Below the pieces are notes generated by a model that did no database searches, was not told the DNA's origin, and saw only the letters and a program-made list of their open reading frames with translations. The position numbers and the translations under genes are program-made. From Candidatus Zhuqueibacterota bacterium (GTDB lineage: Bacteria > Zhuqueibacterota > Zhuqueibacteria > Thermofontimicrobiales > Thermofontimicrobiaceae), in assembly GCA_049322915.1 (NCBI GenBank), contig JBMOPW010000012.1, forward strand, positions 65,888-129,887: a stretch of DNA of 64,000 nucleotides. Reading direction: 5' to 3'. Positions 37,917 to 47,964 of the stretch are shown one piece after another. The number at the start of each line of letters is the position of its first letter. The first letter of the stretch is position 1.

Positions 37917-38619
37917 TTGTGCTCCCTATTTATCTCGAGTTGAAATCATTCAGGTGATGCATGCAAGCCTGTCCTATCGGGTACAATGCGATGGATGCAC
38001 GAATCCCGGGCCATGCCGCCATTTTGAATTGGTTCAATGAAACGATCGCGTTGCTGTGTCTGAGCGCCCCCTGCGATTGGCGGGCCATTCCCGGAAATGC
38101 TGAACCCTGTCAGCCAGGCAAACTGACACCTGTTTTCATCTGCGTTTTGATTGCGGCGCGGCCCATGCCGCATCCGCGGACATCCGAATTGACTCCCCCT
38201 TGAACAAACCTCCGCTCTTTCAATATAATGAAAATGACAATACACTTCCATCTTTTTTTTGACAATTTACCGGATGACGCACTCCGGTTAGCATTGCGCA
38301 TCGGCTCTGTTGCAGCGAGTTGGTGAAAGACCCTGTCCGTGACAATTGAATCATGAAAAATGTGAAAAACAAAACCATGGTAATAATACGGGCATGGGTA
38401 TGGTTCAGACAAAAAACTTCTTCGTCTTTACCCATACAAGATCGCTGGCTCCTTGCCCTTGCCGCTATAACGACGGAGCAAATGACTGTGATTGACCAGT
38501 CATTCCAACCTGCGTAGAAAAAACTGTCGCGATTGAATTTCAACTGACAGTCCGGCCAAAGACCCATCCGGATCGATTTTAGTCGCAGAAAAACCGTTGC
38601 CCGGGGCTTTCGTGCTTTT

Positions 38620-38636
38620 TGCAAACTGCATACCAG
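38620..38636 (-). promoter_or_regulatory. sigma54 (-24/-12) promoter
   Basis: CTGGTATGCAGTTTGCA = GG-N10-GC. Confidence 0.65.
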
Positions 38637-38845
38637 GGACGCGTGCAAAATCCAATCCGCCTTTTGACGCTGATTAAAAACAAGTTACACCGACACATCG
38701 TCCGCCGGCTGCCGGCAAAAATTGTCCGGAAAGTCGACCCTGTCTCAATCAATTACAGCACATATCTGTCACATCAAAAATGGCTGACTTGTTCGTTCTC
38801 TGTTCGGATAAACCCGGTTCCATAGCCGGCCGCATCAAATTTTCC

Positions 38846-38874
38846 TTGACTTAACATTTAATTTTCGCTATCTT
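38846..38874 (+). promoter_or_regulatory. sigma70-type promoter for DUF2207 gene
   Basis: TTGACT-N17-TATCTT. Confidence 0.6.
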
Positions 38875-38974
38875 GAATCGACAAAAAATGGACGGCGCCT
38901 CACGGACTGTCCGAATATCGCCTTCATTGTCAACCGCCCTTATCTCTCAGAGAAAATAACTGAAAGGATAGTTT

Positions 38975-40798
38975 ATGAACAAAATCTTTCGGTTTAGCAT
39001 TTCACTTTTTATTATTCTTTTCGTCACCGTGCTCAGCCAAATCGATCCCGCATTTGCCGACAAATACTTCACTATCGAATCCATCAAAATCGCCGCACAG
39101 GTCGACTCCGCCGGCAGCCTTTGGATCGAGGAACATCGCACCTATGACTTCCACGGGAAATTCAGTTGGGCGGACTACGAGCTGCCGCTCGACAATTTAG
39201 GGCCAGTCACCAATTTCAGTCTCAGGGAAGATGACCGGCAGTTTCGGAACGAATCGACGCATCAGCCGGGAACGTTTGAATTCTCCCAGAATTCCGATGA
39301 GTTCAAGGTGAAGTGGTACTACAACGCCAGGAATGAACAGCGTACGTTTACTCTCCGCTACCGCATTTCCGATGCGGTCACGCGATACGACGACATCGCG
39401 GAACTCCATTTCAAATTTGTGGGCACTTATTCGAAACGAACCATTGGCCTGGTCGATGTCAGGGTGCAGCTTCCCCACGTTGCGGATACATCCACCGTCC
39501 GCGCCTGGGCGCACGGCCCTTTAAACGGCCAGTTAGCGTTTGAGAGGGAGCAAATTCATCTGTGGGCTCAACCGCTGCCGCGCAAAAATCATCTGGTTGC
39601 ACGGATCATCTTTCCCAATGAATGGGTTCCCCTTGCAAAAAAAATGATCGATAAAAATGCCCGCCAAGAGATCATGGCGAAGGAAGCGGAGTTGGTCGCT
39701 GCAAGCGATAACGCTAGAATGGAAAAACAGAGAAAAAGTGACTTTAAAAGAGAACATCAGCAGGACGCCATGGTCTTCGCCATTCTCCTTTCAGGATTCG
39801 GCTTGTTTGTGCTCGTTTTTCTGTACCAGCAATACGGCAAACCGTTCCCGACCGATACCCGCTTCAACTACACATCGGAAATTCCGGCCGGCGTTTCTCC
39901 TGCGCTGGCCAATTACATTCATTCGACAGGGCAGATGGACGCCGGCGCACTGGTCGCCACGTTATTTGACCTGGCGAGACGCGGATACATTCGCATCGAG
40001 GAAAAGAAAATTCAAAAAAAATCCATATTCGGCGTGAAAGAAAAAACGACCTATGCTGTTCTCATCAACAAAGATTTCTATCGGGCCAATACGAAAGGAC
40101 TTCTTCCCCACGAGATCGACCTGATCGATTTTTTATTCAACAAGCTGGCTGCAGGAGACGATCAAATCCTCTTCGACACGATCAGCCGGTCAGGCCAAAA
40201 ATTTGTCAAATGGTTCATTGAATGGAAGAAGGTCGTCAAACGGGATTGGGGGAGGGATTCATTCTATGATCCCCAGAGCGTGAAGGGCACTGTCTACTCC
40301 GCCCTATTTTCCCTTTTCATTTTCGCTGTCGGTTTTGCCGGCGTGGTCATCTATGGCGAGCCGGCCATCATTGCCATTATTTCTGGGCTGGTACTCTTCG
40401 GTCTGTCGTTCACGATTCTCCGCTTTCAGAAAGACGTGAAAGAGATGAAGCAGCGACTTGATGGATTGAGTGTCTATCTCAAAAAATTCCATTTCAGACG
40501 GGAACAGGACGGACTGAAATCCCGACTGGAAAGCTACTTCATCTATGGCCTCGCTCTGGGCGCCGGCAACAAGTTCATCGGTGAAATGTTGGTGGCCTTG
40601 CCGGACTGGCAGTCGACAGCCGTGTTCCCCTGGTACTTGGGCGCAACGACGCATTATTCCCCGGTGCATTTTGCCAATTCAGTTTCCTCCATGGTGACGT
40701 CCATCAGCGGCGTGATGGGGAGCGCGGCCGGCGTTGGCGGCGCGGCTACGGCAGGAGGAGCTGGCGCGGCTGGCGGCGCTTCAGGAGGAGCCGGCTAA
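38975..40798 (+). CDS. DUF2207-domain membrane protein
   Basis: Signal peptide, AWAHGPL, ATLFDLARRGYI, TM helices, Gly/Ala-rich C-terminal tail. Confidence 0.9.
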   Translation: MNKIFRFSISLFIILFVTVLSQIDPAFADKYFTIESIKIAAQVDSAGSLWIEEHRTYDFHGKFSWADYELPLDNLGPVTNFSLREDDRQFRNESTHQPGTFEFSQNSDEFKVKWYYNARNEQRTFTLRYRISDAVTRYDDIAELHFKFVGTYSKRTIGLVDVRVQLPHVADTSTVRAWAHGPLNGQLAFEREQIHLWAQPLPRKNHLVARIIFPNEWVPLAKKMIDKNARQEIMAKEAELVAASDNARMEKQRKSDFKREHQQDAMVFAILLSGFGLFVLVFLYQQYGKPFPTDTRFNYTSEIPAGVSPALANYIHSTGQMDAGALVATLFDLARRGYIRIEEKKIQKKSIFGVKEKTTYAVLINKDFYRANTKGLLPHEIDLIDFLFNKLAAGDDQILFDTISRSGQKFVKWFIEWKKVVKRDWGRDSFYDPQSVKGTVYSALFSLFIFAVGFAGVVIYGEPAIIAIISGLVLFGLSFTILRFQKDVKEMKQRLDGLSVYLKKFHFRREQDGLKSRLESYFIYGLALGAGNKFIGEMLVALPDWQSTAVFPWYLGATTHYSPVHFANSVSSMVTSISGVMGSAAGVGGAATAGGAGAAGGASGGAG

Positions 40799-40953
40799 AC
40801 TGAAGGTGTCCGGCGGAGAGCGTCGGGCGCAACAGGGTTCGCGACGACTGAATTCCCTGGCCGAAAACGCGTCGCCGGCCTGTCAATCATTGACCAACAC
40901 ACTTCGCTATTAAAAATGGCTGATAATCGAACCATACATTCAAGGAGTGTAGC

Positions 40954-42324
40954 ATGAAATCTGAAAAAATTCAGGCAGGGAAAAGCAGCCGCCTGTCCCG
41001 TCGTAACTTTGTGAAATTGGGCGGCGCTGTCATCGCCGGCGCCGGTTTAAAACTGAATCCCGGCAGTGGAATACTGCCCGACCAGCAAGAAGAATCCAAA
41101 ATTAAAGCGACCAAAATCCTCGGCAGAACCGGCTTCAGGGTTTCGGATATTGCCATGGGAACCACGCGAATCAAAGAGGCTAATGTGATTCGCTACGTGT
41201 ACGATAAAGGCGTCAATTATTTTGACACAGCCGAAGGGTACGGCGGCGGCGAAGCGGAAAAACTCATTGGTCAGAATATGCAGTTCATGGATCGCAGGAA
41301 GATTTTCATCACGTCGAAAATCCATGTCAACGACGATGAGTCCAGAGAATCCATTCTGAATCGGTTCCACAAATGCCGGGAGCGGCTGCAGACCGATTAT
41401 ATCGATGCGTTTTTCCTCCACAATCCCTCCAGCAGCGCGACGCTGAACCACAAAGAATTCCATGCCGCAACAGACCAGCTAAAAGCTGATGGCAAGCTGA
41501 AATACATTGGGCTGTCTTGCCACGGTCCGCGTCAGGGCCGCGGCGAATCCATGGAATCCATTATGCTCGCTGCCGCAGAGGATGGCCGGTTCGATCTGAT
41601 GCTATTCATCTATAATTTTATGAACAGGGACGCCGGGGAAAAAATTTTGGCCGCATGCAAGAACAAGAATATCGGAACGACAGCCATGAAAACTTCGCCG
41701 GGCGTGCTCACATTGGACACTGTGGATCCAGACCATCTCACGAAAGAGCAGATGGAATTTGTGCAACACCGAACCAATCGCGGCGATTCCCGCGAGGCAG
41801 CCATCGACCAGCTCCGACGTCGCGCGGAAGAACAATCCGTTACCTACGAAAAGACCCGGCCTTTTTTGGAAAAATACAATGTCACTACTCAGGAAAGCTT
41901 GCGGTTGAAGAGCATTCAATGGGTGCTGCAAAATCCTGACATGCACACCACCTGCGTTTCATTCAGCGATTTCGATCTCGTGGACAAGGTAATTCCGATG
42001 TCAGGCACGACATTATCCAGCGCAGACCATGAGTTATTGGAGCAGTACCGGCTGGCGCTCGATGACCAGTACTGTCGGCACGGCTGCAGCGCGTGCGCGA
42101 AAAGCTGTCCCCATGGGCTGCCGGTGAGTTCGATCATGCGTTACGCGTATTATTATCAACTCCAGGGTTTCGAAAAATTAGCCATGCAAAAATACGCCGG
42201 ACTCCAGGCGAACAACGCTCTGCTGTGCGCCGATTGTACCGCGCCATGCGAGAACGCATGTCCCTATCACCTGAGCGTTCAGGCGCAGTTGCTGCAAGCC
42301 CATTCGCTGCTGACACTGGCGTAA
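40954..42324 (+). CDS. Tat-exported aldo/keto reductase with C-terminal 4Fe-4S dicluster
   Basis: SRRNFVK Tat motif; LGRTG, NYFDTAEGY, RLQTDYID; CRHGCSAC...CP and CADC..PCE.ACP. Confidence 0.9.
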   Translation: MKSEKIQAGKSSRLSRRNFVKLGGAVIAGAGLKLNPGSGILPDQQEESKIKATKILGRTGFRVSDIAMGTTRIKEANVIRYVYDKGVNYFDTAEGYGGGEAEKLIGQNMQFMDRRKIFITSKIHVNDDESRESILNRFHKCRERLQTDYIDAFFLHNPSSSATLNHKEFHAATDQLKADGKLKYIGLSCHGPRQGRGESMESIMLAAAEDGRFDLMLFIYNFMNRDAGEKILAACKNKNIGTTAMKTSPGVLTLDTVDPDHLTKEQMEFVQHRTNRGDSREAAIDQLRRRAEEQSVTYEKTRPFLEKYNVTTQESLRLKSIQWVLQNPDMHTTCVSFSDFDLVDKVIPMSGTTLSSADHELLEQYRLALDDQYCRHGCSACAKSCPHGLPVSSIMRYAYYYQLQGFEKLAMQKYAGLQANNALLCADCTAPCENACPYHLSVQAQLLQAHSLLTLA

Positions 42325-42445
42325 TTCATATTCCGTTCTCCGTTTGGTGAAGCGGAAATAATTAACCATACCGGAGGTTGAGATCCAATCGTGTCCGAAT
42401 CGATCCCAATCTATATCATCACAACACATGAAGGAGGCAATTCGC

Positions 42446-42586
42446 ATGTTAGGAGTAGCTGAAATGTCTATGGTATTCTTATTAAGTTTGATCCCTCTCA
42501 TCGTTGGACTGGGGCTTGCAATTTACCTCATCATCCTGTTCCGACGGTTGGTCCTCGCTGTTGAAAAAATCGCTGAAAAACAATGA
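42446..42586 (+). CDS. Small single-pass membrane protein (46 aa, below ORF-track cutoff)
   Basis: AAGGAGG 8 nt before ATG; MLGVAEMSMVFLLSLIPLIVGLGLAIYLIILFRRLVLAVEKIAEKQ. Confidence 0.7.
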   Translation: MLGVAEMSMVFLLSLIPLIVGLGLAIYLIILFRRLVLAVEKIAEKQ

Positions 42587-42650
42587 GCCAGAGACTTGTA
42601 ATCAACGACTGACAGGGGCCCGATTCGCGATGGACTTTTTAGCCACATCA

Positions 42651-42755
42651 TCGCGCTGGATATTTATCCAGCGCGGTGAAGGAATTGGAACGTATGTTCC
42701 CGAATAGGTACATCGTTTGGGAAGAATATCCCGAACGATCGGTTAGCAAACATCG
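42651..42755. repeat. REP/REPIN-like intergenic repeat, copy 2 of 3
   Basis: TCGCGCTGGATATTTATCCAGCGC...TCGTTTGGGAAGAATATCCCGAACGA...GCAAACATCG. Confidence 0.8.
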
Positions 42756-42803
42756 CGTACTGCAAATGACAAAACAGTTCCCGTTTCTCGAACACAACAC
42801 ATC

Positions 42804-43619
42804 GTGAACATCATGTTACGACACCGAATCGTCTGTATTTTTTCGATATGCGCTTTGTTCTCCTTTTCTCATGCGCAACAACGCTACCAACTGGATTGCC
42901 GAAAGGACGCCTCGCTTCTCGGTCTGGGAGTGAGCACAGCAGTGCTGGGACTGGTTGCTACCGTGCAAACCTCGCCTGTGACGGATGACGAAATAAACAG
43001 GCTCTCCAGCGCCGATATAATCCCCTGCGACCGATTCGCCGCGGAGTTCTGGTCAGCCCGCAGCAGTGTAGCGAGCGATGTGCTGTTGGGCGCATTTATC
43101 CTGATGCCAGCTTCGCTCGCCCTGAGCAGCGACATTCGCAACGACATCACAACGCTCAGCGTCATGTATGCTGAAGTCGTTACCCTGACTTTTGGATTGG
43201 CTCAATTGACCCAGGGCATCAGCGGGAGAATTCGACCATTCGTCTACAATTCTGATCCCGATGTCCCCATGCTGGAAAAAAGGAAAAAGGACGCCCGGCA
43301 TGCATTTTTTTCCGGACATACCGCCATGGCATTCGGATCAGCGGTGTTCACAGCAACGATGTTCGACGCCTATTTTCCAGACTCCCAATGGAAATATCCG
43401 GTGTGGGGCATTTCCATCGCGGGCGCGACACTGACCGGCCTTCTGCGCGTTCACGCCGGCAAACACTTCCCCACGGACATCCTGACCGGGGCAGTTGTCG
43501 GTGGATTGACCGGATACCTCATTCCCCGATTGCATCGAAGCCAGAAGGCACAATCGATGCGCATTCTGCCGGCATTTCAGGACAATCATGTTCGCGTCGC
43601 GATTCACGTTTCCTTTTAA
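42804..43619 (+). CDS. PAP2-family phosphatase
   Basis: GRIRP, FFSGHT, RVHAGKHFPTD. Confidence 0.9.
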   Translation: MNIMLRHRIVCIFSICALFSFSHAQQRYQLDCRKDASLLGLGVSTAVLGLVATVQTSPVTDDEINRLSSADIIPCDRFAAEFWSARSSVASDVLLGAFILMPASLALSSDIRNDITTLSVMYAEVVTLTFGLAQLTQGISGRIRPFVYNSDPDVPMLEKRKKDARHAFFSGHTAMAFGSAVFTATMFDAYFPDSQWKYPVWGISIAGATLTGLLRVHAGKHFPTDILTGAVVGGLTGYLIPRLHRSQKAQSMRILPAFQDNHVRVAIHVSF

Positions 43620-43642
43620 TCAGTTCGAGGTGAAATTTCAAC

Positions 43643-44020
43643 ATGGCAAAACCGTTTAAGCTATCGGAGCGTTTGCATAGTTTCAAATATGCATTCCGCG
43701 GAATCTGGATCATGCTCATGTCACAGCAGAATGCCTGGATTCACGCGGCCGCCACTTTCCTGGTGATCTGCTTCGGTTTTTACTTTCATTTCAATACGTC
43801 GGAATGGTGCTGGATCGTTCTGGCCATTGTGGCAGTGTGGACAGCCGAAGCGTTCAACACAGCGTTCGAGTTTCTGGCGGATAAAATCTCCAACGAGTAC
43901 CATCCTCTCATTGGCAAGGCCAAAGACGTGGCTGCCGGCGCCGTGCTCATCACGGCCATCGGCGCGGCGATTGTCGGCCTGATCATTTTCGGCCCCCATA
44001 TCCTGCACATGCTGAAGTAG
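43643..44020 (+). CDS. dgkA: Diacylglycerol/undecaprenol kinase family protein
   Basis: SFKYAFRG, EAFNTAFE, AKDVAAGAVL. Confidence 0.9.
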   Translation: MAKPFKLSERLHSFKYAFRGIWIMLMSQQNAWIHAAATFLVICFGFYFHFNTSEWCWIVLAIVAVWTAEAFNTAFEFLADKISNEYHPLIGKAKDVAAGAVLITAIGAAIVGLIIFGPHILHMLK

Positions 44021-44255
44021 AAATCGCGCTCACCTTACTGGTCGGAGCATACCTGCTAATTTATCATTCTCGCGAGCGACGCGCCGATGCAATTCAGCGC
44101 TGCAACCGGAATCATGCGCGATGCCAATTTTTGTTCACCCCGGGATGCACTTCGAAAGATCGTCATAAAATCACTCGGTCGTGGACGGGTTGGTCTTCAG
44201 CCAACGAACCCCTCGGATTTTTTTCATAGAAATTAGCCCAAATCAAATTTTTCCC

Positions 44256-44284
44256 TTGACTTCTTTGTTTCAATTTTGTATTTT
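44256..44284 (+). promoter_or_regulatory. sigma70-type promoter
   Basis: TTGACT-N17-TATTTT. Confidence 0.55.
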
Positions 44285-44318
44285 GAATCGTGTTTCATGG
44301 TGGACCTCTATAAATACC

Positions 44319-44355
44319 TGCCGCGCGACCTGATCAGTCGGGCGGCATTTTTTTT
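44319..44355 (+). terminator. Intrinsic terminator just downstream of promoter
   Basis: TGCCGC-G-CGAC...GTCG-G-GCGGCA then T8. Confidence 0.8.
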
Positions 44356-44427
44356 GAAAATTTATGTTGTTCATGGGAAGATAATTTTGTATATTGTTTG
44401 TTCTTTGTTATATTATTATGGAATACT

Positions 44428-45384
44428 ATGAAAATCAGGAATCTGGATTTTGAGTGCTATGAAAACGCTGTCCGCGAGCAGCGACTGTTTCAGCAGGATT
44501 GGCTGAAAATCGGTTATGCGCCGCGCGGTTTTTATGTGAAAGATTTCTGCCTGTTGCAGGAAGGAACGACTTTTCACCTGTTCCATATCGCCGGGACGCC
44601 CGGAGTAACCTGCTGTCTGCCCGGGAATGAAGTCTGGTTTGGGCATGCCACTACCAATAACTTTCTGCAGTGGGCGACGCTGGAACCCTGTCTTTACATT
44701 TCCCCCGGCCAATGGGATGGCGGACATGTTTTTGCGCCTTACGTCATCAAAAAGGACGATCTTTATTACATGTTTTATACCGGCTGTCTGCCGGACAACA
44801 CACAGCGCATCGGTCTGGCGACGTCCCACGATTTGATGCACTGGGAGAAATATTCGAAAAATCCGATCATCCGCCCTGAGAATTATGACTGGGCTTTTTG
44901 TCCGAGGATAGGTGGCGCATCCTGCCGCGATCCCCACATTCACCGATGGGGCAACGAGTTTTTTCTGTACTACACAGCCGTCACCCGCGACGGAAGAGCC
45001 TGCGTTGGGCGCGCTTCGTCGAAGGACTTGCTGCACTGGACAGATCAAGGCCAGGCCTACACCTATCCGAATCTCACTCACTGCGAATCGTGCAATGTCC
45101 AGGAATTGGACGGAAAATTCCTGCTCTTCTTCGGCGGACATATTGAGTACTGGTCGTATGTGATTTCCGATAATCCATTTCACTGGCCGGACCAAACGCC
45201 GGCGCCCATCGGCAAAAATATAACGGCGATGGAGGTTGTGCGCCGCCAGGGTTCACAATGGCTGGTCGCCTATTTTGAGCTGAATTACTACCGGCTCCTC
45301 CTGGGAAAAATCGACTGGTCGCTGGCGCAACCGACGATTCAGCGGATCACCGATGAGCGGGAGCTGGGTGATTTTGGCTTTTGA
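44428..45384 (+). CDS. Five-bladed beta-propeller glycoside hydrolase (GH32/GH43-like)
   Basis: KDF, GHAT, IGLATSHDLMHW and SSKDLLHW Asp-box-like repeats, RDP, CES. Confidence 0.82.
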   Translation: MKIRNLDFECYENAVREQRLFQQDWLKIGYAPRGFYVKDFCLLQEGTTFHLFHIAGTPGVTCCLPGNEVWFGHATTNNFLQWATLEPCLYISPGQWDGGHVFAPYVIKKDDLYYMFYTGCLPDNTQRIGLATSHDLMHWEKYSKNPIIRPENYDWAFCPRIGGASCRDPHIHRWGNEFFLYYTAVTRDGRACVGRASSKDLLHWTDQGQAYTYPNLTHCESCNVQELDGKFLLFFGGHIEYWSYVISDNPFHWPDQTPAPIGKNITAMEVVRRQGSQWLVAYFELNYYRLLLGKIDWSLAQPTIQRITDERELGDFGF

Positions 45385-45628
45385 GAGGACGTCGCTCGGA
45401 CAGAGGCGCTGGCGCATACTGAGTGACTCGCCCGTGGATCGCGATCGATCCAATACAGCGACCCGTACGGGAGAGACAGCCTCATGCTGTTTCAACGGGA
45501 GTGACGTTAGTTCTGACTGATAATTCGTGACCAGAAAATGAATCCATAAACCAGGACCCTGTGCCGTTCGTGCAAGTCGGACTGCCAGGGCCAATGACAC
45601 CCATCGGCATCAGAAAAGAGAAAGCATC

Positions 45629-46765
45629 ATGACAGGTTTGGAAAAATTCATCCGTTGCATGGAATACCAATCAGGCGCTCCCCGACCCAATTACGAGGTG
45701 GGCGTTTGGGCTCAGACAAAGGCGCGCTGGCGAAAAGAGGCGCCGGATGCCGTGAAAGGATTCGGCTGGAATTGGTTCGATGGCGAGGATGCGCTGGAAC
45801 TGGATCGACGCGAATATGTTGCTGTGAATTATGGATTCATTCCCCGGTACGAACGCAAAGTATTGGAATCATCGCTGGAATATGAGATCGTCCAGGATGA
45901 AAATGGCATTGTTGCCAAATGCCTGAAAGAAGGCGAAGTGGATGGTTTTCGGCTGAGCATGGATCAGTTTCTGAAGTTCCCGATTGAAACTCCGGAGGAC
46001 TTCGCTGATGTGAAACGCCGATTGATCGCTGCCATTCCGGAACGCTACCCTTCTGATCTGGATGCCAGGATAGCCCGCTGGAAATCCCGCGACTACCCGC
46101 TCATTCTGGGCGAGAACTGTGCGGCCAACGGCTTTTACTGGCGCGCCCGGGAATTTATGGGAACAGAAAATCTCTCATTCGCCTGGTACGATTATCCCAA
46201 ACTCATGCACGAAATGATGGAATTTTTCGCGGACTTCATCATCGAGACCAGTCGGCCTGTCCTGGAAAAAATCCAGGTGGAATACTTCACCCTGAATGAA
46301 GATATGTCCATGAAAAATGGCCCGCTGCTCAGTCCAGGCACGTTCAAGGAATTCATCTTCCCCCATTTAAGACGAATGGTTGAATTTTTCAAGCGTCACG
46401 GCGTGAAATATTTCGCGCTGGACACGGACGGCAATCCCACGCTGCTCATCCCCTATCTCATGGACGCCGGCGTGGATGTCCTCTGGCCCATCGAACGCGC
46501 GTCGGATTTTGACCCCGTTGTAATTCGCAAACAGTTTGGCCGCGATCTGCGGCTATGGGGCGGCGTGGACAAACGGGCGCTGGCCATAGGAAAGAATGCG
46601 ATTCGGGAGCATCTGCGCACCATGATTCCATTGATCGAACAGGGCGGATTTATTCCCACAGTCGACCATCTCATTCCGCCCGATGTATCGTGGGATAATT
46701 TTTGCTATTACATGGAAATGAAGGCCGCTCTTCTGGTCGGGGAATTTTCCAGGCTGGAAAAATGA
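45629..46765 (+). CDS. Uroporphyrinogen decarboxylase (URO-D/MtaA)-family protein
   Basis: EDM..K.GPLLSP..F.EF, DTDGN, LWGGVD, GGFIPTVDH.IPPDV. Confidence 0.88.
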   Translation: MTGLEKFIRCMEYQSGAPRPNYEVGVWAQTKARWRKEAPDAVKGFGWNWFDGEDALELDRREYVAVNYGFIPRYERKVLESSLEYEIVQDENGIVAKCLKEGEVDGFRLSMDQFLKFPIETPEDFADVKRRLIAAIPERYPSDLDARIARWKSRDYPLILGENCAANGFYWRAREFMGTENLSFAWYDYPKLMHEMMEFFADFIIETSRPVLEKIQVEYFTLNEDMSMKNGPLLSPGTFKEFIFPHLRRMVEFFKRHGVKYFALDTDGNPTLLIPYLMDAGVDVLWPIERASDFDPVVIRKQFGRDLRLWGGVDKRALAIGKNAIREHLRTMIPLIEQGGFIPTVDHLIPPDVSWDNFCYYMEMKAALLVGEFSRLEK

Positions 46766-47244
46766 ACGGCGCGTGGGATGGGATTTGCGAGAAATGAATT
46801 TCGCCAGGTTCAGCATCGATTCGTTTCGGACGATTCCTGGCGTTTGAACTTTTTATTACAATGCAGCGTCAAAAGGAAAACTCTCGTCAGGGAAACAAAC
46901 CCGGGGGTTGGTGTGAACGTGAGCAGTGAGCCAAAAAATTGAAGCCATCGCTATCTGCAACAAGGCTGTTGACGATGGCTCGCTTCAAAACATTTTCATC
47001 TATGATTTTCGAAGGAAGTCCGGCGTCGTTGGGAGGAACGGGATTCACCAGCAAGGATGTTGCCCCTGCTGCTTCTGCAACCGCAGCGTTTTCTGGCGAA
47101 TCAGCGCTGGACAACATTGACCAGGAATTCGAGACTCGGGCAATGCCTTTTTTTCTTTATAACACTACTGATCGCGCACAATGAGTTGTCCAAGCTAATG
47201 AGTACACTGTCCGAAGTTTATTAATGAGGAGGGAGAAACTAAGG

Positions 47245-47964
47245 ATGAACGGACCGATCAAACCTATTTACCTGTTTGCGGACAGCCAGCTTTTGTTCTG
47301 GAAAAATGAGGAGACGCTATTTTTGCAGTCCCTTCGCGATGGGATTGACGCTGAGGAACCGAAAGCTGCCTACATCGGGGCTTCCAATGATGACAATCCG
47401 GAATATTATTCGATTTTCCAGGCTGCAATGGAGGGCATTCACATCCGTAACACCCGCATGATTCAATCGACTTTTTCGGAGGAAGAGAAAGAATTTTTAT
47501 CCGCGGCTGACATCATCCTGTTGGCTGGCGGCGATGTGCACAAAGGGTGGGACATCTTTGTGAACACCGAAGTCAAGAGCATCATCACCAAACGATATTA
47601 CGAAGGAGCGGCGCTCATTGGAGTATCCGCCGGGGCCGTGCAACTGGGTCTGGGTAATCTCACCCCGGGAAGCGTGTCTCCCGGCGATTTCGAGTACATG
47701 TTCAAATTTGTCCCGTTCCTGCTTGATGTGCATGACGAAGAAAAACACTGGTCAGGACTCAAACACACCGTCCGCACCATGGGCAATAACATGGTCGGAC
47801 TCGGCATCGCCAGCGGCGGCGGAATGATTTATTATCCGGATCAAACGATGGAAGCAGTACGTCATCCGGCGCATGAATTTTCCCTCAATGGAGAAAAGCT
47901 GATGTACTGTCTGGTCTATCCTCCGGAGAAGGAAATACGCGAGTGTTTTGAAGCGGCGATCTGA
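47245..47964 (+). CDS. Peptidase S51 (peptidase E/cyanophycinase-like) protein
   Basis: ILLAGG, GVSAGA nucleophile elbow, DVH; start set at MNGPIK. Confidence 0.82.
   Translation: MNGPIKPIYLFADSQLLFWKNEETLFLQSLRDGIDAEEPKAAYIGASNDDNPEYYSIFQAAMEGIHIRNTRMIQSTFSEEEKEFLSAADIILLAGGDVHKGWDIFVNTEVKSIITKRYYEGAALIGVSAGAVQLGLGNLTPGSVSPGDFEYMFKFVPFLLDVHDEEKHWSGLKHTVRTMGNNMVGLGIASGGGMIYYPDQTMEAVRHPAHEFSLNGEKLMYCLVYPPEKEIRECFEAAI

Noticed and set aside
46939..47184. Ala/Ser/Gly-rich small ORF before peptidase S51 as a RiPP precursor
   Set aside because: No RBS, no recognisable leader motif and no modifying enzymes nearby; cannot be supported.
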